From an uncultured Candidatus Saccharibacteria bacterium (GTDB lineage Bacteria; Patescibacteriota; Minisyncoccia; Phycocordibacterales; Zambryskibacteraceae): a stretch of DNA of 64,000 nt. Below the pieces are notes generated by a model that was not told where the DNA came from, ran no database searches, and was given only the letters and a program-made list of their open reading frames with translations. The position numbers and the translations under genes are program-made. Shown one piece after another: positions 9,597-19,782 of the stretch; the first letter of the stretch is position 1, and the number at the start of each line of letters is the position of its first letter. Location of the stretch: the NCBI GenBank assembly GCA_964446535.1, contig CAYUOR010000001.1, positions 7,283-71,282 on the forward strand, given 5' to 3'.

Positions 9597-10914
9597 CAAG
9601 CATCTTAATTCTAGCGCCCAGTTTATTAAGCCGGCCGACTATATTTTCGTAACCCCTATTTATCGCATAAACACCTCTTAAGGTTGAGCGTCCCTTAGCG
9701 CCAAGCATAGCCACTAGAAGCATGACCGCGGGACGAAGAGCGGGCGGACAAACGATCTGTGCGCCACGAAGTTTGGTCGGCCCTTCCACAAAAACTCTGT
9801 GTGAATCCGCGAGTTTAACGGAAGCACCTAGGCGGTTCAGTTCGGTAAAAAAGACTGCTCTATCCTCCCACATCCAGTCGTGAATAAGAGTGGAACCTTC
9901 TGCTTGTGTCGCTATCGGTACGAAAAACGGCAAGTTGTCGGTATTAATCCCGGGGTACGGCATGGCGTGGATCTTATCCGAGAGGGCCTTAAGCTTTGAG
10001 GGTCCTATTGTTATATCAACCAGTTTAGTTTTTTTGTTTTTGGACAAATATGTTTTGGAAATTGAAAATTTCTGCCCCATCCTTTCAAGCTTCATAAGTT
10101 CTAGTTTTAGGAAATCTATCGGCGCTCTTTTAATTAAGAGCTTCGAGTTGGTCATGATGGCTGCTGTGATGAAAAACATGGCTTCTATCGGATCTTCGGA
10201 GTTGTAATATTCAATACTTTTTTCAATATTTGGATTGCCGTGAATAACAAGGGTCTTTGTGCCTGTTCCTTCTATTTTTATGCCTAAAAGAGAGAGGAAG
10301 TGGCAAACCTCAAGAGTCATGTAATTTTGCTGTGCGAAGTCTATCGTTGTCTTCTGTGGTAAGAGCGCGGCGCGGAGCACGGCATTTGTTGTGCCGGTGT
10401 CCGATGCTTCATACATTATGATTTCTTTTCTCGATGGTCTTACTCTTTTGATCTCGTAGTAATTTTCTTTTGTAACAATCTTGAGACCTAGGTCTTCGAG
10501 GGCGAAACGGTGCGCGGCGATAGTCCTCTCCCCCATCTTGCATCCGCCAATGTGCGGAAACTTAAATTTTCCAAGGCGCGCCGAAAGCGGTCCTATAAGC
10601 ATAAGGGCGGAGCGAATTTTACCCGTAGAACGAGTGTTTATCTTATTAAGAGAAAACTTCTTCGGCGGAGTAATACTGATAGAGTGTTTATCGAGCCAAA
10701 CCACTTTTACTCCAATACTCTTAAGCACTTCAAGAAGACGATTAACATCTTCTATTCTCGGAATATTATGAAGAATAGTTACCCCCCTATTGACAAGAGA
10801 TGCGGCAAGAAGCTGTGTAGCTCCATTCTTTGAAGCATTTATGTTGATAGAGCCACGAAGCTTGTGCCCTCCTTCTATCTCAAAGTTGTCCCTTTCTTCC
10901 TGCCAAGGCTTCAT
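9592..10914 (-). CDS. murA: UDP-N-acetylglucosamine 1-carboxyvinyltransferase
   Basis: 440 aa EPSP-synthase-fold enzyme with conserved MurA segments (KNGATQLLAASLV; catalytic Cys in the loop PHIGGCKMGER). A TATAGT hexamer sits 8 nt upstream of the ATG. Confidence 0.9.
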   Translation of the reverse strand: MKPWQEERDNFEIEGGHKLRGSININASKNGATQLLAASLVNRGVTILHNIPRIEDVNRLLEVLKSIGVKVVWLDKHSISITPPKKFSLNKINTRSTGKIRSALMLIGPLSARLGKFKFPHIGGCKMGERTIAAHRFALEDLGLKIVTKENYYEIKRVRPSRKEIIMYEASDTGTTNAVLRAALLPQKTTIDFAQQNYMTLEVCHFLSLLGIKIEGTGTKTLVIHGNPNIEKSIEYYNSEDPIEAMFFITAAIMTNSKLLIKRAPIDFLKLELMKLERMGQKFSISKTYLSKNKKTKLVDITIGPSKLKALSDKIHAMPYPGINTDNLPFFVPIATQAEGSTLIHDWMWEDRAVFFTELNRLGASVKLADSHRVFVEGPTKLRGAQIVCPPALRPAVMLLVAMLGAKGRSTLRGVYAINRGYENIVGRLNKLGARIKMLE

Positions 10915-10922
10915 AAGGCGTA

Positions 10923-10928
10923 ACTATA
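10923..10928 (-). promoter_or_regulatory. TATAGT -10 hexamer 8 nt upstream of the murA ATG (leaderless-type)
   Basis: Minus strand reads gctATAGTTacgccttATG. Confidence 0.3.
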
Positions 10929-10941
10929 GCACGACGATGAG

Positions 10942-11376
10942 CTAGGTAGCTCTTGAATCTTTAACACTCTTGAAGCCGAGAACGGCAAGGGCAAATATCT
11001 GAACGATGTGGTCGTCAAATATCGGATTGTGCTCCGGCGGGATGGCGGCAAAGTAAATAAGAAGCATTATGAGTGCACCAGAAAGAGCGCCCCAGGGAAC
11101 GAGTCTATTAGCAAGAAGTGTCACGCCGGTACCCAAAAGCCCCAGCATAAAGAGCCAATCAACAAGGGGGTTTCCGGCCATGTTCTGGAAAATTTCTGCG
11201 AAAGGTCCTCTGGTGCCGTGAGTTAGAAAACCAAATGTTGGCGAAGCGCCGTTTACCCAGGCGTTTGCCCTCTCGGTTGCGTAACCGAGACCTAGTAGCT
11301 TATCTAGAAAAGCCCAAAGAAACATTACTCCTAACACAACTCTTAAACCGACCCAAGCAAATTTTTCTGTGTTCAT
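10942..11376 (-). CDS. DoxX family membrane protein
   Basis: 144 aa, 4 TM helices; the DoxX pattern W.LR..LG..FL..G..K. Confidence 0.7.
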   Translation of the reverse strand: MNTEKFAWVGLRVVLGVMFLWAFLDKLLGLGYATERANAWVNGASPTFGFLTHGTRGPFAEIFQNMAGNPLVDWLFMLGLLGTGVTLLANRLVPWGALSGALIMLLIYFAAIPPEHNPIFDDHIVQIFALAVLGFKSVKDSRAT

Positions 11377-11420
11377 ACGCTACTTATTCTACTCCCCTTG
11401 CGTGTTAGAATTATCAACAT

Positions 11421-11840
11421 ATGATCTGGGTTACATATGCACTTTTAGCAGCCTTTTTCGCCGCTCTTGTAGCTATTTTTTCGAAAGTTGGACTGAAAAA
11501 CGTAGATACGACATTAGCCACAACCGTGCGCGCCGTCGTCATGGCAACACTCCTTTTGGGCGCAGCACTTTTCTTAGGTAAAATGCCTCTTCTAAAGACG
11601 ATTGATAACCAGGCTCTCGCATTTATAATCTTCAGTGGTATTGCCGGCGCGCTTTCTTGGCTTTTTTATTTCCTGGCGCTTAAAACTGGCCCTGTTGATG
11701 GTGTTGCCGCGCTTGACCGATTGGGTGTTGTTTTTGTCGTAGTCCTTGCGGCATTATTTTTAGGAGAAGCTATAACTATAAAATCGTTTATTGGACTTAT
11801 TCTTATTATCTTGGGCGCCTTCCTTCTCGTCTTTAAATAA
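11421..11840 (+). CDS. EamA-like (DMT superfamily) small membrane protein, single 4-TM EamA domain
   Basis: 139 aa, four TM helices, EamA-type motifs (IFSKVGLK; GEAITIKSFIGLILIILGAFLL). Confidence 0.6.
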   Translation: MIWVTYALLAAFFAALVAIFSKVGLKNVDTTLATTVRAVVMATLLLGAALFLGKMPLLKTIDNQALAFIIFSGIAGALSWLFYFLALKTGPVDGVAALDRLGVVFVVVLAALFLGEAITIKSFIGLILIILGAFLLVFK

Positions 11841-11854
11841 TTAATTCCCGAAAA

Positions 11855-14800
11855 CTATTGCTGGTTCAATTTTATTAAACCGTTCAAAAATTTCATAAAA
11901 TCAAAGATTCGTAAATTTCGTGTGGCGCTTGAATTCCCAGTAGCGAAACTTTTAATACTGCCAAAACCGGTGCCCGAACTATTGGTAGCATAGGCGCGAT
12001 AGTAATAAGTTTGGTCAGAAGAAAGTCCAGTTATAAAACTTGAAAAAGCATGATTGCCGTCAAGAGTACCTAGAGTTGTCGTAGAAACCCCTGTTGAAAG
12101 CGCCGAGTCTGTTGAATACGCAAAACCGTGCTGGGTAGCGTTATTGCCTCCGGTTTTCGTGCCGTGAATAGAAGCTGCGTTAAATCCGGGAACAGCAAAA
12201 TTTGTCGTAACCGTTGGCGCATTTACATCTGTGACGCTTTGCCATGTTGCCACAATGCCTGACGAACGATTTGGTGCCGCGCTCCAAGTAATTTGATACG
12301 TCTTCCCGGTTTGGGCGGAGGACTCTTTACCGGCGGCGGTCACGCCATCGGCTGAAGCTGGATCAGCACTCGTTTGTTCTGTTAAGGGTGAGGTGTAACT
12401 GTTAACGGTTAGCGCACCTTGGCCGTTCGAAGCGCCCATCACAACTAAACCGCCAGCAGCAACATTTATTGCACCGGGGGTGGTCGTCTGGGTCGGAGTT
12501 ATTGAAGTTTCATCAACATCAAAATCGGTTGGACCGGTCTGGCCAACACCAGTAAACACTTGGGCGTGAACTGCCCAATTTGCCGCAGTGGTACCGCCCG
12601 TGATTGCTACGGTCACAGAGCCGTTAGATGCGCCCAAATCATCCTCGTCGCAGTACCAAAGCTCTGTTCTATTGTCCGCAGAAACATCGTCATTAAAAGC
12701 GGTGTCTACGAAATGACAATTTTTTCCATCAACCGTTACTCCCGTCAAAGCCGTTGTGGCTTCTGCTTCCGACATGGCAAATACTGTAACTAGTCGATTA
12801 TTTCCAGCCGAACCAATGTTTAGAGTCGTAGAAAAAGAACCTCCGGTAGCACTTGCCGCACCAATCTGAATCCCTCCCTCAGTCCAAGAAACCCCCCAGT
12901 CATTAAGAAGTGGTGAGCCGTTTGAATCGGCAAGCGTCGCCTCAAGGCAAATCCTGTTGTGGAGCTGACCAGCGCCGGTTGAAGTAAGTGAAGAGAGGTC
13001 AATAGGGCTCGTTGCTGTCGGAGCAATGACTTGAGTATCACAATCCGATGAATTTGAGCCAAGGACTCTAACAGAAACCGTGCCGATGGTTTCCGTCTCA
13101 CTCCAAAAGGCTTGATTCCAGCCGCTTGCACCGTCATAAACATCAAAATCTATCACCGGAGAAAGAATTGTTCCGGTCGTAACATTTTCCGGGCGGACAG
13201 CAAACTGGAACCCGGTAAACCCGTCACTAACAACAGAGGAAACTGTAGCGTTACCGGTCGCGCCGGTTGAAGGACTGACTCTCGTTCCCCAGGAACCCGA
13301 GGCACCGTTTGCGTCGGACTGGGTTGAACCGGTGGAATTGATGCCGTCAGATTTTACCCAGCCGGCGCCAGAAATTCCAAACGGATTTCCGTCGCTACCG
13401 TCAAAAGAATGAAGATAGAAAGCCAGGGTGTGTGCAACGGTCGTATTAACGCTGGTGATGGCGCAGGATGTACCCACCGCATTACATGAGTCGGCGCCAG
13501 TTACATCAATAGGCGTTGTCGTATCAACGCCCGTTACCCGAAGGTAGTGCCCAAAAATATCTTCGGAGGTAACTGAAGTCGTGGTTGTGGATGTTTGCTC
13601 TGTCCCGTCAGCAATTCTGTAAAAGGCAGCCGAGTGCGAGTCGGAAGTTGTGTTGCCGGATTCATTTATAAATGTAAAGCCCGCGGGCCGATTGGTGCCG
13701 GAATCCCACTGGACGGTGCTATTGCCGGCATCATTGCCAACAATGATTAAAAGTAGATCTCCAACATTTACGCCGACAGGTTTTACAAGTGTTATTGATG
13801 TTCCTGGGTTTTCTGTCGCGCCAGCAGTAAACCCGGCAACATAAGGTAGGCGCGTTAAATCAATACTATTTGGCGTGGTGGTTGAAACCCGAGTGTTTGT
13901 GGTGGTACCGGTTAAAAATTGGTCACCCGTAGTCTGAAACCAGTCCGCACTCCCAGAACTTTTATAGGTGTAGCTGATAGTGTCACTCAACATTCTTGAG
14001 CCAGACCAAGTTCCCCAGTGGCTTCCGCTGTTAGCCGAAGCTCTGGCGCGAATGTAGTAAGTTGCGCCGTCTGTTGTCGGAAGACCCAAAGAACCTGTTG
14101 TTTGGAGGTTATATTGAGTACCAGAAGAATAAGTGTTTGAAAATGTTTCCGTATATGAAGTGCCCAAAAAATCAGCTTGGGTGTTGAATTCAACCTGGAA
14201 CCTGTCAAAGTTTCCGGTGTGCGTAGCAGAAACTCTGACAATTGGTGTGGTGTCATTCTGTCGGCTGTGACTAAAAGCAATCTGATTTGCCCCACCATCA
14301 TCTTGATAAATTGTGGGCGCGCTTGGTGCGGCAATTTCTCTTGCGCGAATAAAAACACCAGGGCCCCGGTAGTTCGTCGGGGTGGCGCCGGCGCAAGTAG
14401 AAGACCACTGTGGTGCCGCCGAGCCTGTTCCAGAGTTTACTGGCGCATGCCAAAGTACACCGCCAATGTCGTTACCGGTTACTGAATCCGCTTCACCCGC
14501 TTCCGTTACTGTTCCAAAGGTAACTCCTGTTTGGGTCAAGGTGTGGGAGGAATATTGAGCAGTTGTTTGAATGTCGGTCGGAATAACTTCGGCGCCGATA
14601 ATATAATCACCCGCGGTAACACCGGGATTCGCGCCAAAAGTAATTGAACAAGTACCGTCTCCAGATGTGTCTTCGCCTGTCGTGGTGGCAATGTCCCAAC
14701 TACCCAGGGTGTTTGAAAGACGGAAGATGTTTGCCCAAGTGACATTGTCGTTTGTCAGCGGAATGGCAAGACGTTTGTCTCTTTCTGAACCATCAGCAAC

Positions 14801-15190
14801 TTTCGCAAAAGCAAAAATATGCATATTTCCCGTATCAGTAGCTAGTGTCGTCCCATAACCACCCCCGGTGGTTGAGGCAATTCTTGTCCAGCCCGCTGGG
14901 TCCGTGGTGGCGCCTCTATTTTCAAGAGATGGCCTCATACCAAGTATTAAAATGAATAAATGCCCAGGCTCAATTAAGGATGCCGTAGAATAAACTGGAC
15001 TGCTTTCACCTTGGGCCACACCCGTAGTATCAAGTGAGCTCCCCGAGACATAGGTAATGGTGGCGTTTGTTGTTTTTGGTAAGAAAACCAGAGCCACCAG
15101 AAAAGTTGCGATCAACCAAAACTTGGTTAATGGTTCTTTTTTTAGTCTATTTGAATTTCTGGGTTCGTTCGCACATATACCAGCCATCAC
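11855..15190 (-). CDS. Giant surface protein (1111 aa), Thr/Ser/Gly-rich beta-rich repeats with a C-terminal fibronectin-III-like domain
   Basis: N-terminal signal anchor (FWLIATFLVALVFLP). Extreme T/S/G composition. C-terminal YYYRAYATNSSGTGFGSIKSF resembles an FN3 domain. Confidence 0.65.
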   Translation of the reverse strand: MMAGICANEPRNSNRLKKEPLTKFWLIATFLVALVFLPKTTNATITYVSGSSLDTTGVAQGESSPVYSTASLIEPGHLFILILGMRPSLENRGATTDPAGWTRIASTTGGGYGTTLATDTGNMHIFAFAKVADGSERDKRLAIPLTNDNVTWANIFRLSNTLGSWDIATTTGEDTSGDGTCSITFGANPGVTAGDYIIGAEVIPTDIQTTAQYSSHTLTQTGVTFGTVTEAGEADSVTGNDIGGVLWHAPVNSGTGSAAPQWSSTCAGATPTNYRGPGVFIRAREIAAPSAPTIYQDDGGANQIAFSHSRQNDTTPIVRVSATHTGNFDRFQVEFNTQADFLGTSYTETFSNTYSSGTQYNLQTTGSLGLPTTDGATYYIRARASANSGSHWGTWSGSRMLSDTISYTYKSSGSADWFQTTGDQFLTGTTTNTRVSTTTPNSIDLTRLPYVAGFTAGATENPGTSITLVKPVGVNVGDLLLIIVGNDAGNSTVQWDSGTNRPAGFTFINESGNTTSDSHSAAFYRIADGTEQTSTTTTSVTSEDIFGHYLRVTGVDTTTPIDVTGADSCNAVGTSCAITSVNTTVAHTLAFYLHSFDGSDGNPFGISGAGWVKSDGINSTGSTQSDANGASGSWGTRVSPSTGATGNATVSSVVSDGFTGFQFAVRPENVTTGTILSPVIDFDVYDGASGWNQAFWSETETIGTVSVRVLGSNSSDCDTQVIAPTATSPIDLSSLTSTGAGQLHNRICLEATLADSNGSPLLNDWGVSWTEGGIQIGAASATGGSFSTTLNIGSAGNNRLVTVFAMSEAEATTALTGVTVDGKNCHFVDTAFNDDVSADNRTELWYCDEDDLGASNGSVTVAITGGTTAANWAVHAQVFTGVGQTGPTDFDVDETSITPTQTTTPGAINVAAGGLVVMGASNGQGALTVNSYTSPLTEQTSADPASADGVTAAGKESSAQTGKTYQITWSAAPNRSSGIVATWQSVTDVNAPTVTTNFAVPGFNAASIHGTKTGGNNATQHGFAYSTDSALSTGVSTTTLGTLDGNHAFSSFITGLSSDQTYYYRAYATNSSGTGFGSIKSFATGNSSATRNLRIFDFMKFLNGLIKLNQQ

Positions 15191-15244
15191 ACCAAATGTT
15201 TAATGACAATAACTAAATTGTACCACGGCAGAATTGTCGGCTAG

Positions 15245-15775
15245 CTAATTGCCAAAATATATGGGGATTTCTAGCGCATCATCGTGCTCTGGCAGGCCTG
15301 ATGGATTATCCTTATTTAAAATTAGGTAGCCGCGATTGTTATAAGAATTAGGATCAAATTCAAATTCGATCGTCCCCTCAAACGGCACAAAGTCTGTCGT
15401 CATCCATTCTGAAGAGGTCATCGCGTAACCTTGAGCGATGATAAGTCCGTCCCAATTAACAAGTGTTACAGGAAAACTAGCTTCAAAAAACCAACTGCCT
15501 CTGGCTTCACCACGCACCACTAGCGGACTTGAAATGGTTTCGTTTGGGCGAGGTGAAGCTAGACGTATTAAGTCAGATTTTTCCAGTTCGTTGCCAATAA
15601 ATTCTGTAAACGTCACCTCTGCGTGGCGACACTGCCTCGGATAGCTCTCCATCACTGGGTTGCCAGCTTCAATACACTCTTCAAAATTGGTTACGACAAC
15701 TGGTTCTCGATTCGCTAGCCACCAAGCGAGGATGGCGAAACTCGTAACGAGCAAAACAATTATTAGTTTTTTCAT
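15245..15775 (-). CDS. Secreted Gmad2-type immunoglobulin-like domain protein
   Basis: Signal peptide, then a domain matching the Gmad2 Ig-like fold (VVRGEARGSWFFEASFPVTLVNWDGLIIAQGYAMT...GTIEFEF). Confidence 0.55.
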   Translation of the reverse strand: MKKLIIVLLVTSFAILAWWLANREPVVVTNFEECIEAGNPVMESYPRQCRHAEVTFTEFIGNELEKSDLIRLASPRPNETISSPLVVRGEARGSWFFEASFPVTLVNWDGLIIAQGYAMTSSEWMTTDFVPFEGTIEFEFDPNSYNNRGYLILNKDNPSGLPEHDDALEIPIYFGN

Positions 15776-16140
15776 AGTTCTTTTAGATATTTCCAGAATA
15801 CTAGAGCGCCGACTATCACGGCGACAGCAGATGAGAGCAATACCGCGCCCGCGGCAACATCTTTCGTATCTCTGGCATGGGGGTGATACTCGGGAGAGAC
15901 GAGTTCAGTATATTTTTCCAAGGCGGTGTTAAAAGCCTCAGTTACAAGCACCAGTCCGGCGGCAAAGATTACAAGCGTCCACTCGAGAGCTGTAATCTTG
16001 AAGTAAATACCGAAGATAATTACTGCGAGAAGAATTAGGAGCTCTATCCAGGCATTGTGTGTTGTTTTGAGAAATAAGCTTAGTCCGCGGATTGCATGAA
16101 CAAAACTCTTTGCGCGTTTATAGAACGAGAATTCTTCCAT
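15772..16140 (-). CDS. dgkA: Diacylglycerol kinase / undecaprenol kinase (DgkA family)
   Basis: 122 aa, 3 TM helices, DgkA motifs (LVLVTEAFNTALE; KDVAAGAVLLSS). Overlaps the upstream gene by 4 nt. Confidence 0.7.
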   Translation of the reverse strand: MEEFSFYKRAKSFVHAIRGLSLFLKTTHNAWIELLILLAVIIFGIYFKITALEWTLVIFAAGLVLVTEAFNTALEKYTELVSPEYHPHARDTKDVAAGAVLLSSAVAVIVGALVFWKYLKEL

Positions 16141-16202
16141 GGATATGATTATAACCGAAATTGCTTTATAATTTAATTTATTAAAAGGGTAAAAAAATAA
16201 AT

Positions 16203-16640
16203 ATGAATAAGTGGCTTAGTTGCAAATGTGCGGATTCCTGGAAAGATTATGCGCCTCTGGTTCTAAGATTGGCGCTCGGTGCGGTTTTTGCGGCACACGG
16301 TTATCAGAAAGTTTTCACGCTAGGGCACGAGGGTGTTACTGGATTCTTAGGAAGTTTGGGTATTCCTCTTCCCTCTCTTATGGCCTACATCCTGTCGTAT
16401 GGCGAGCTTGTCTTCGGTGTCTTCCTGATTATCGGCTTCCTCACTCACTGGGCAGCAAAGTTCGCGACGGTTGTAGCAATCGTGGCCTTCTTCACAGTTC
16501 ACCTTAAAAAGGGCTTCTTCATTTCCGATGGTGGATATGAATTCATCATCCTTATCTTCGCCGCAGCGGTCTCCCTAATGATTACTGGCGCCGGCAAGTA
16601 CTCCATAGACGCCAAACGTCAATCAAACCCACAAATGTAA
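16203..16640 (+). CDS. DoxX family membrane protein (paralog of 10942..11376)
   Basis: 145 aa, 4 TM helices, RLALGAVFAAHGYQK DoxX motif. Confidence 0.7.
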   Translation: MNKWLSCKCADSWKDYAPLVLRLALGAVFAAHGYQKVFTLGHEGVTGFLGSLGIPLPSLMAYILSYGELVFGVFLIIGFLTHWAAKFATVVAIVAFFTVHLKKGFFISDGGYEFIILIFAAAVSLMITGAGKYSIDAKRQSNPQM

Positions 16641-16646
16641 AAAGAA

Positions 16647-16675
16647 CCCCCGACTTCGTGTCGGGGGTTTCGTTT
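16647..16675. terminator. Bidirectional rho-independent terminator
   Basis: CCCCCGAC-ttcgt-GTCGGGGG followed by TTTCGTTT, between convergent genes. Confidence 0.5.
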
Positions 16676-16708
16676 CCCAGTTTATTCGGACATTAAACGC
16701 GCTGTCAC

Positions 16709-17101
16709 CTATCTCGTCGTGAAATAGGCGTAGGCCAGCTTTCCGTCCTCGAAAAATGCATTGAGAAACTTGTAGCGGATTCCGCGGTCACCCACACCCC
16801 AGGAGTCGATATAGATATCGACGTGTCCGTATCTGGCGGCGGTAAGCGCGTATTCGAGAACGCTCGAATGAAAATAGGACTTCAGGAAACGCATTACCTC
16901 TTCCGGTACTTCAAGTCCATAGTCGTCCTTTCTGTAATCCCAGAGAGCCTTCACCAGCGCCAGACGGCAATGGCGGTCGACAGCGGCGCGTCTCGACTCC
17001 TCGATCAATGTTTCGAGTTTTGGGCCCAGAAAGACTCGGTGGATGAGAAGAACAACGGCAATTGCCAAAACAGCCAAGAAAATGTTGAACGGAGTAAACA
17101 T
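16709..17101 (-). CDS. Hypothetical membrane-anchored protein
   Basis: 130 aa, N-terminal TM helix, elevated GC; no recognizable domain. Confidence 0.45.
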   Translation of the reverse strand: MFTPFNIFLAVLAIAVVLLIHRVFLGPKLETLIEESRRAAVDRHCRLALVKALWDYRKDDYGLEVPEEVMRFLKSYFHSSVLEYALTAARYGHVDIYIDSWGVGDRGIRYKFLNAFFEDGKLAYAYFTTR

Positions 17102-17162
17102 TAACCACCTCCAGGGTGTAGTCTGTGGCTAAATTACAACCCTAGAGGTATTTGGTCAAGCG

Positions 17163-17930
17163 CTAATCTCGGTACCAATTCTCAAGGATAACTTTAATCT
17201 TCGGGTTTCCTGTTTCTACTAGAGACTTAAACTTGGCAACATCCGAGAGTCCGTTTTCTCCTCGATAGTGATAGGGATAAACAAGATTCGGCTTGAAATC
17301 CAGCACCGCGTCTGCCGCTTCCTCTACGCTCATCGTATAGGGCAGATTCATTGGTATAAAGGCGATGTTAATGTCTTTAAGTTCTCTCATTTCTGGAATA
17401 CCGGCGGTGTCCCCCGCTATGTAAATGCGCACATCGGATGCGCCGATAATGTAGCCGTTACCACGACCTTTTGTGTGCCTCGAGTCCGGCAGTTCTGGCA
17501 GGTTATACATCGGCAGGGCAAGAATTTTCAGTTCGCGATCGGTCAGGGTGTCGCCGTTGCCAAGAACCTTTGCCCGCCTGGCAAGATCCGGTGGCAAGAG
17601 TTGAAAGACTGCGTGTGGCACGACAAGAGTTGTCTCATCTCGCATTACGGAAGCAAGGGTGGAGGTGCTAAGGTGGTCTCCGTGAATGTCGGTGACAAGA
17701 ATTATGTCGGCGTCAGGATAGCCAACAAATTTTTCAAACCCGCCAACCGGGTCGGTGTATATGGCCACATCGTTTAAAGTAATGATCGCTGTAGCGTGGT
17801 TTATCGGTATTACTCCTACCTGCGTAGCACCGGGTATTTCTTGCCCTGACTTATCACCCGTGAGGTCTGCTTTAAATAAGAAAAACCCTACAACCAGAAG
17901 TCCTATAAGCACTAGATAAAATATTTTCAT
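17163..17930 (-). CDS. Secreted MBL-fold metallo-hydrolase
   Basis: Signal peptide plus the HxHxDH metal-binding motif (ILVTDIHGDH) and downstream His/Asp ligands. Confidence 0.7.
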   Translation of the reverse strand: MKIFYLVLIGLLVVGFFLFKADLTGDKSGQEIPGATQVGVIPINHATAIITLNDVAIYTDPVGGFEKFVGYPDADIILVTDIHGDHLSTSTLASVMRDETTLVVPHAVFQLLPPDLARRAKVLGNGDTLTDRELKILALPMYNLPELPDSRHTKGRGNGYIIGASDVRIYIAGDTAGIPEMRELKDINIAFIPMNLPYTMSVEEAADAVLDFKPNLVYPYHYRGENGLSDVAKFKSLVETGNPKIKVILENWYRD

Positions 17931-17977
17931 AGTCTCTCAATTATACTACAAAAGTTGTGGTGTAAATAAATTTTAAT

Positions 17978-18685
17978 TTATTTACTGACCTTAAAAGTCA
18001 AAACATAGCGTCGAGACTCCATAGATTCTTGCGAATTCGGTATGGGAGAGATGGCCTCAAGTGAGATGGTATAAACATCAAATTTTAATGCTGGTTTATC
18101 TGTTCCTATAGTGTAGGTCGCTTCTTCGGTGTTTGACTTCAGAACAAGCTCTGCGAGTAGTCGCCCTGCCTGGATACAGACGGCGTCAATAGGACACCGG
18201 CTGTCTTCAAGAATTTTATTTAAAGTTATAAGTAATCCAGACTTAAAGGCGGTTGCGCCAACCGCGAGAGTAACCATGTCCGCGTCAGCGAGTTCGTCTA
18301 TGAACTCCACCTCCAGAAGATTGCCCTTTCTGAATTTTCCAGCCACCCTAACTTCTTTATTTATAAGAGTACCGATGACATTACTAACTCTCGAGAAACT
18401 AAGTGGTAAGGCGTAAGTTGTTTCGCCGGGAATATCTTCTGGCGCCTTAATCACTAAAACAAAGTCTCTCCCCTGTTGTTTCAGTTCGCCCTCAAAGGCC
18501 TCTTGGTTCGGGCAGGCGGCAAATTCGCAGTCAGGACCAGTCCTTCCGACGCCCGAACCGTCTGGGCAAATAAGTGCGTCAGCTGTACAGGCAATCTGGT
18601 TGTCGTCAAAACTGTCACGATTGACTAGAAAATAAACCAGACCAGCTAAGACTAAAAGTCCGAGAAGAAGATAAGCCCTTTTCAT
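17978..18685 (-). CDS. Secreted hypothetical protein with N-terminal Cys-rich segment
   Basis: Signal peptide; CTADALICPDGSGVGRTGPDCEFAACPN; no recognizable domain. Confidence 0.5.
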   Translation of the reverse strand: MKRAYLLLGLLVLAGLVYFLVNRDSFDDNQIACTADALICPDGSGVGRTGPDCEFAACPNQEAFEGELKQQGRDFVLVIKAPEDIPGETTYALPLSFSRVSNVIGTLINKEVRVAGKFRKGNLLEVEFIDELADADMVTLAVGATAFKSGLLITLNKILEDSRCPIDAVCIQAGRLLAELVLKSNTEEATYTIGTDKPALKFDVYTISLEAISPIPNSQESMESRRYVLTFKVSK

Positions 18686-18691
18686 TGGAAT

Positions 18692-19132
18692 TTAGAAAAC
18701 TCTTTCGTTGTGAGCTTTCCAGCGTCGATAAAGGTGGTATGCGGAGGCTAGATATAGAGCGCCAACTATCCAGAGAAAGAGTTTTGCTGAAGTAATATTG
18801 AGCCCGATATTTGTTCTGAAGAGTCCTGCTATTCCAAGATTGAGTCCAGAAACGATCATCACAAAGAAGGCATACATATCAAGTTTTTCTTTCGCTCCGA
18901 AAAGCATTTTAGATTTTAGCCAGTTGAAAGCCAGATATCCGACGGCGAGACCAGAGATAATCCAAGATAAACCAAGTAGTGTTCCAACAAGGCCTGAGGG
19001 CAAAGGCAGAAAAGTAACAGGCGGAATTCCTCCTAAAAACAAAGCCAATGCTGCTACTACCAGTCTTACCTCTGACCAGAGAAATGCATATTTCTCCAAT
19101 TTTTCAGGCGTTGTGTGTTCTTGAATGTTCAT
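18692..19132 (-). CDS. Hypothetical 4-TM membrane protein
   Basis: 146 aa with four hydrophobic helices. Confidence 0.5.
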   Translation of the reverse strand: MNIQEHTTPEKLEKYAFLWSEVRLVVAALALFLGGIPPVTFLPLPSGLVGTLLGLSWIISGLAVGYLAFNWLKSKMLFGAKEKLDMYAFFVMIVSGLNLGIAGLFRTNIGLNITSAKLFLWIVGALYLASAYHLYRRWKAHNERVF

Positions 19133-19134
19133 AT

Positions 19135-19665
19135 TTATTTATTAATTTCACTAAATTTAACTCCTGTGGGTAGCGCGAATACCGACGCATCGGCTGCCCA
19201 CATCTCACAATCATAATCCGCGACATCATCCGCGTTGAATGAACTGGGACTGGCGTCGTCGGTAGGGGTGTTCGTGGATTCGGTTTCCACGATTCGTGCC
19301 TTAAAACCCATGTTCGGCACGAAAGAAGTCCAGGTGTAGGCGTAGCCATCGCGGACGATAACATAGGAAGTCATGCTAAGACCTTTGGTTTGAGTCACGT
19401 ATTCGCCCTTTATCATGCCGTCGTTGATGTAAGCAATACCTTTTGTGGTTGCACCTTCGGTTGTTTGTTCTATATCACACCTGTAGGAGCCGCCCTGTCT
19501 GACGAAGTCGCCAAACGACATTTTCCTATCATCGGTTTCCATAGACTCTTCGGAATCGTCGTCCATAGAACTATCTCCAATATCGTCCTTATTATCGTAA
19601 TAAAAGTATCCCCCAGCTCCCAGTATTACCAATAGTGCTAAAGCAAGCCAGTGTGTTTTTGTCAT
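19135..19665 (-). CDS. Secreted hypothetical protein
   Basis: Start moved to the internal ATG (MTKTHWLALALLVILG signal peptide). Acidic D/E/S-rich linker, then a beta-rich domain. Confidence 0.5.
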   Translation of the reverse strand: MTKTHWLALALLVILGAGGYFYYDNKDDIGDSSMDDDSEESMETDDRKMSFGDFVRQGGSYRCDIEQTTEGATTKGIAYINDGMIKGEYVTQTKGLSMTSYVIVRDGYAYTWTSFVPNMGFKARIVETESTNTPTDDASPSSFNADDVADYDCEMWAADASVFALPTGVKFSEINK

Positions 19666-19782
19666 TCGCTTAATTATCACACTGGTATAGCTTCTTTGCA
19701 AAGTATCTTTGGCGTTGCTAGACTGGCCCTTAGACTCTTAAACTTCGCTCTTTAAATTACGGATTAGATAAGGAGAGTTAAA

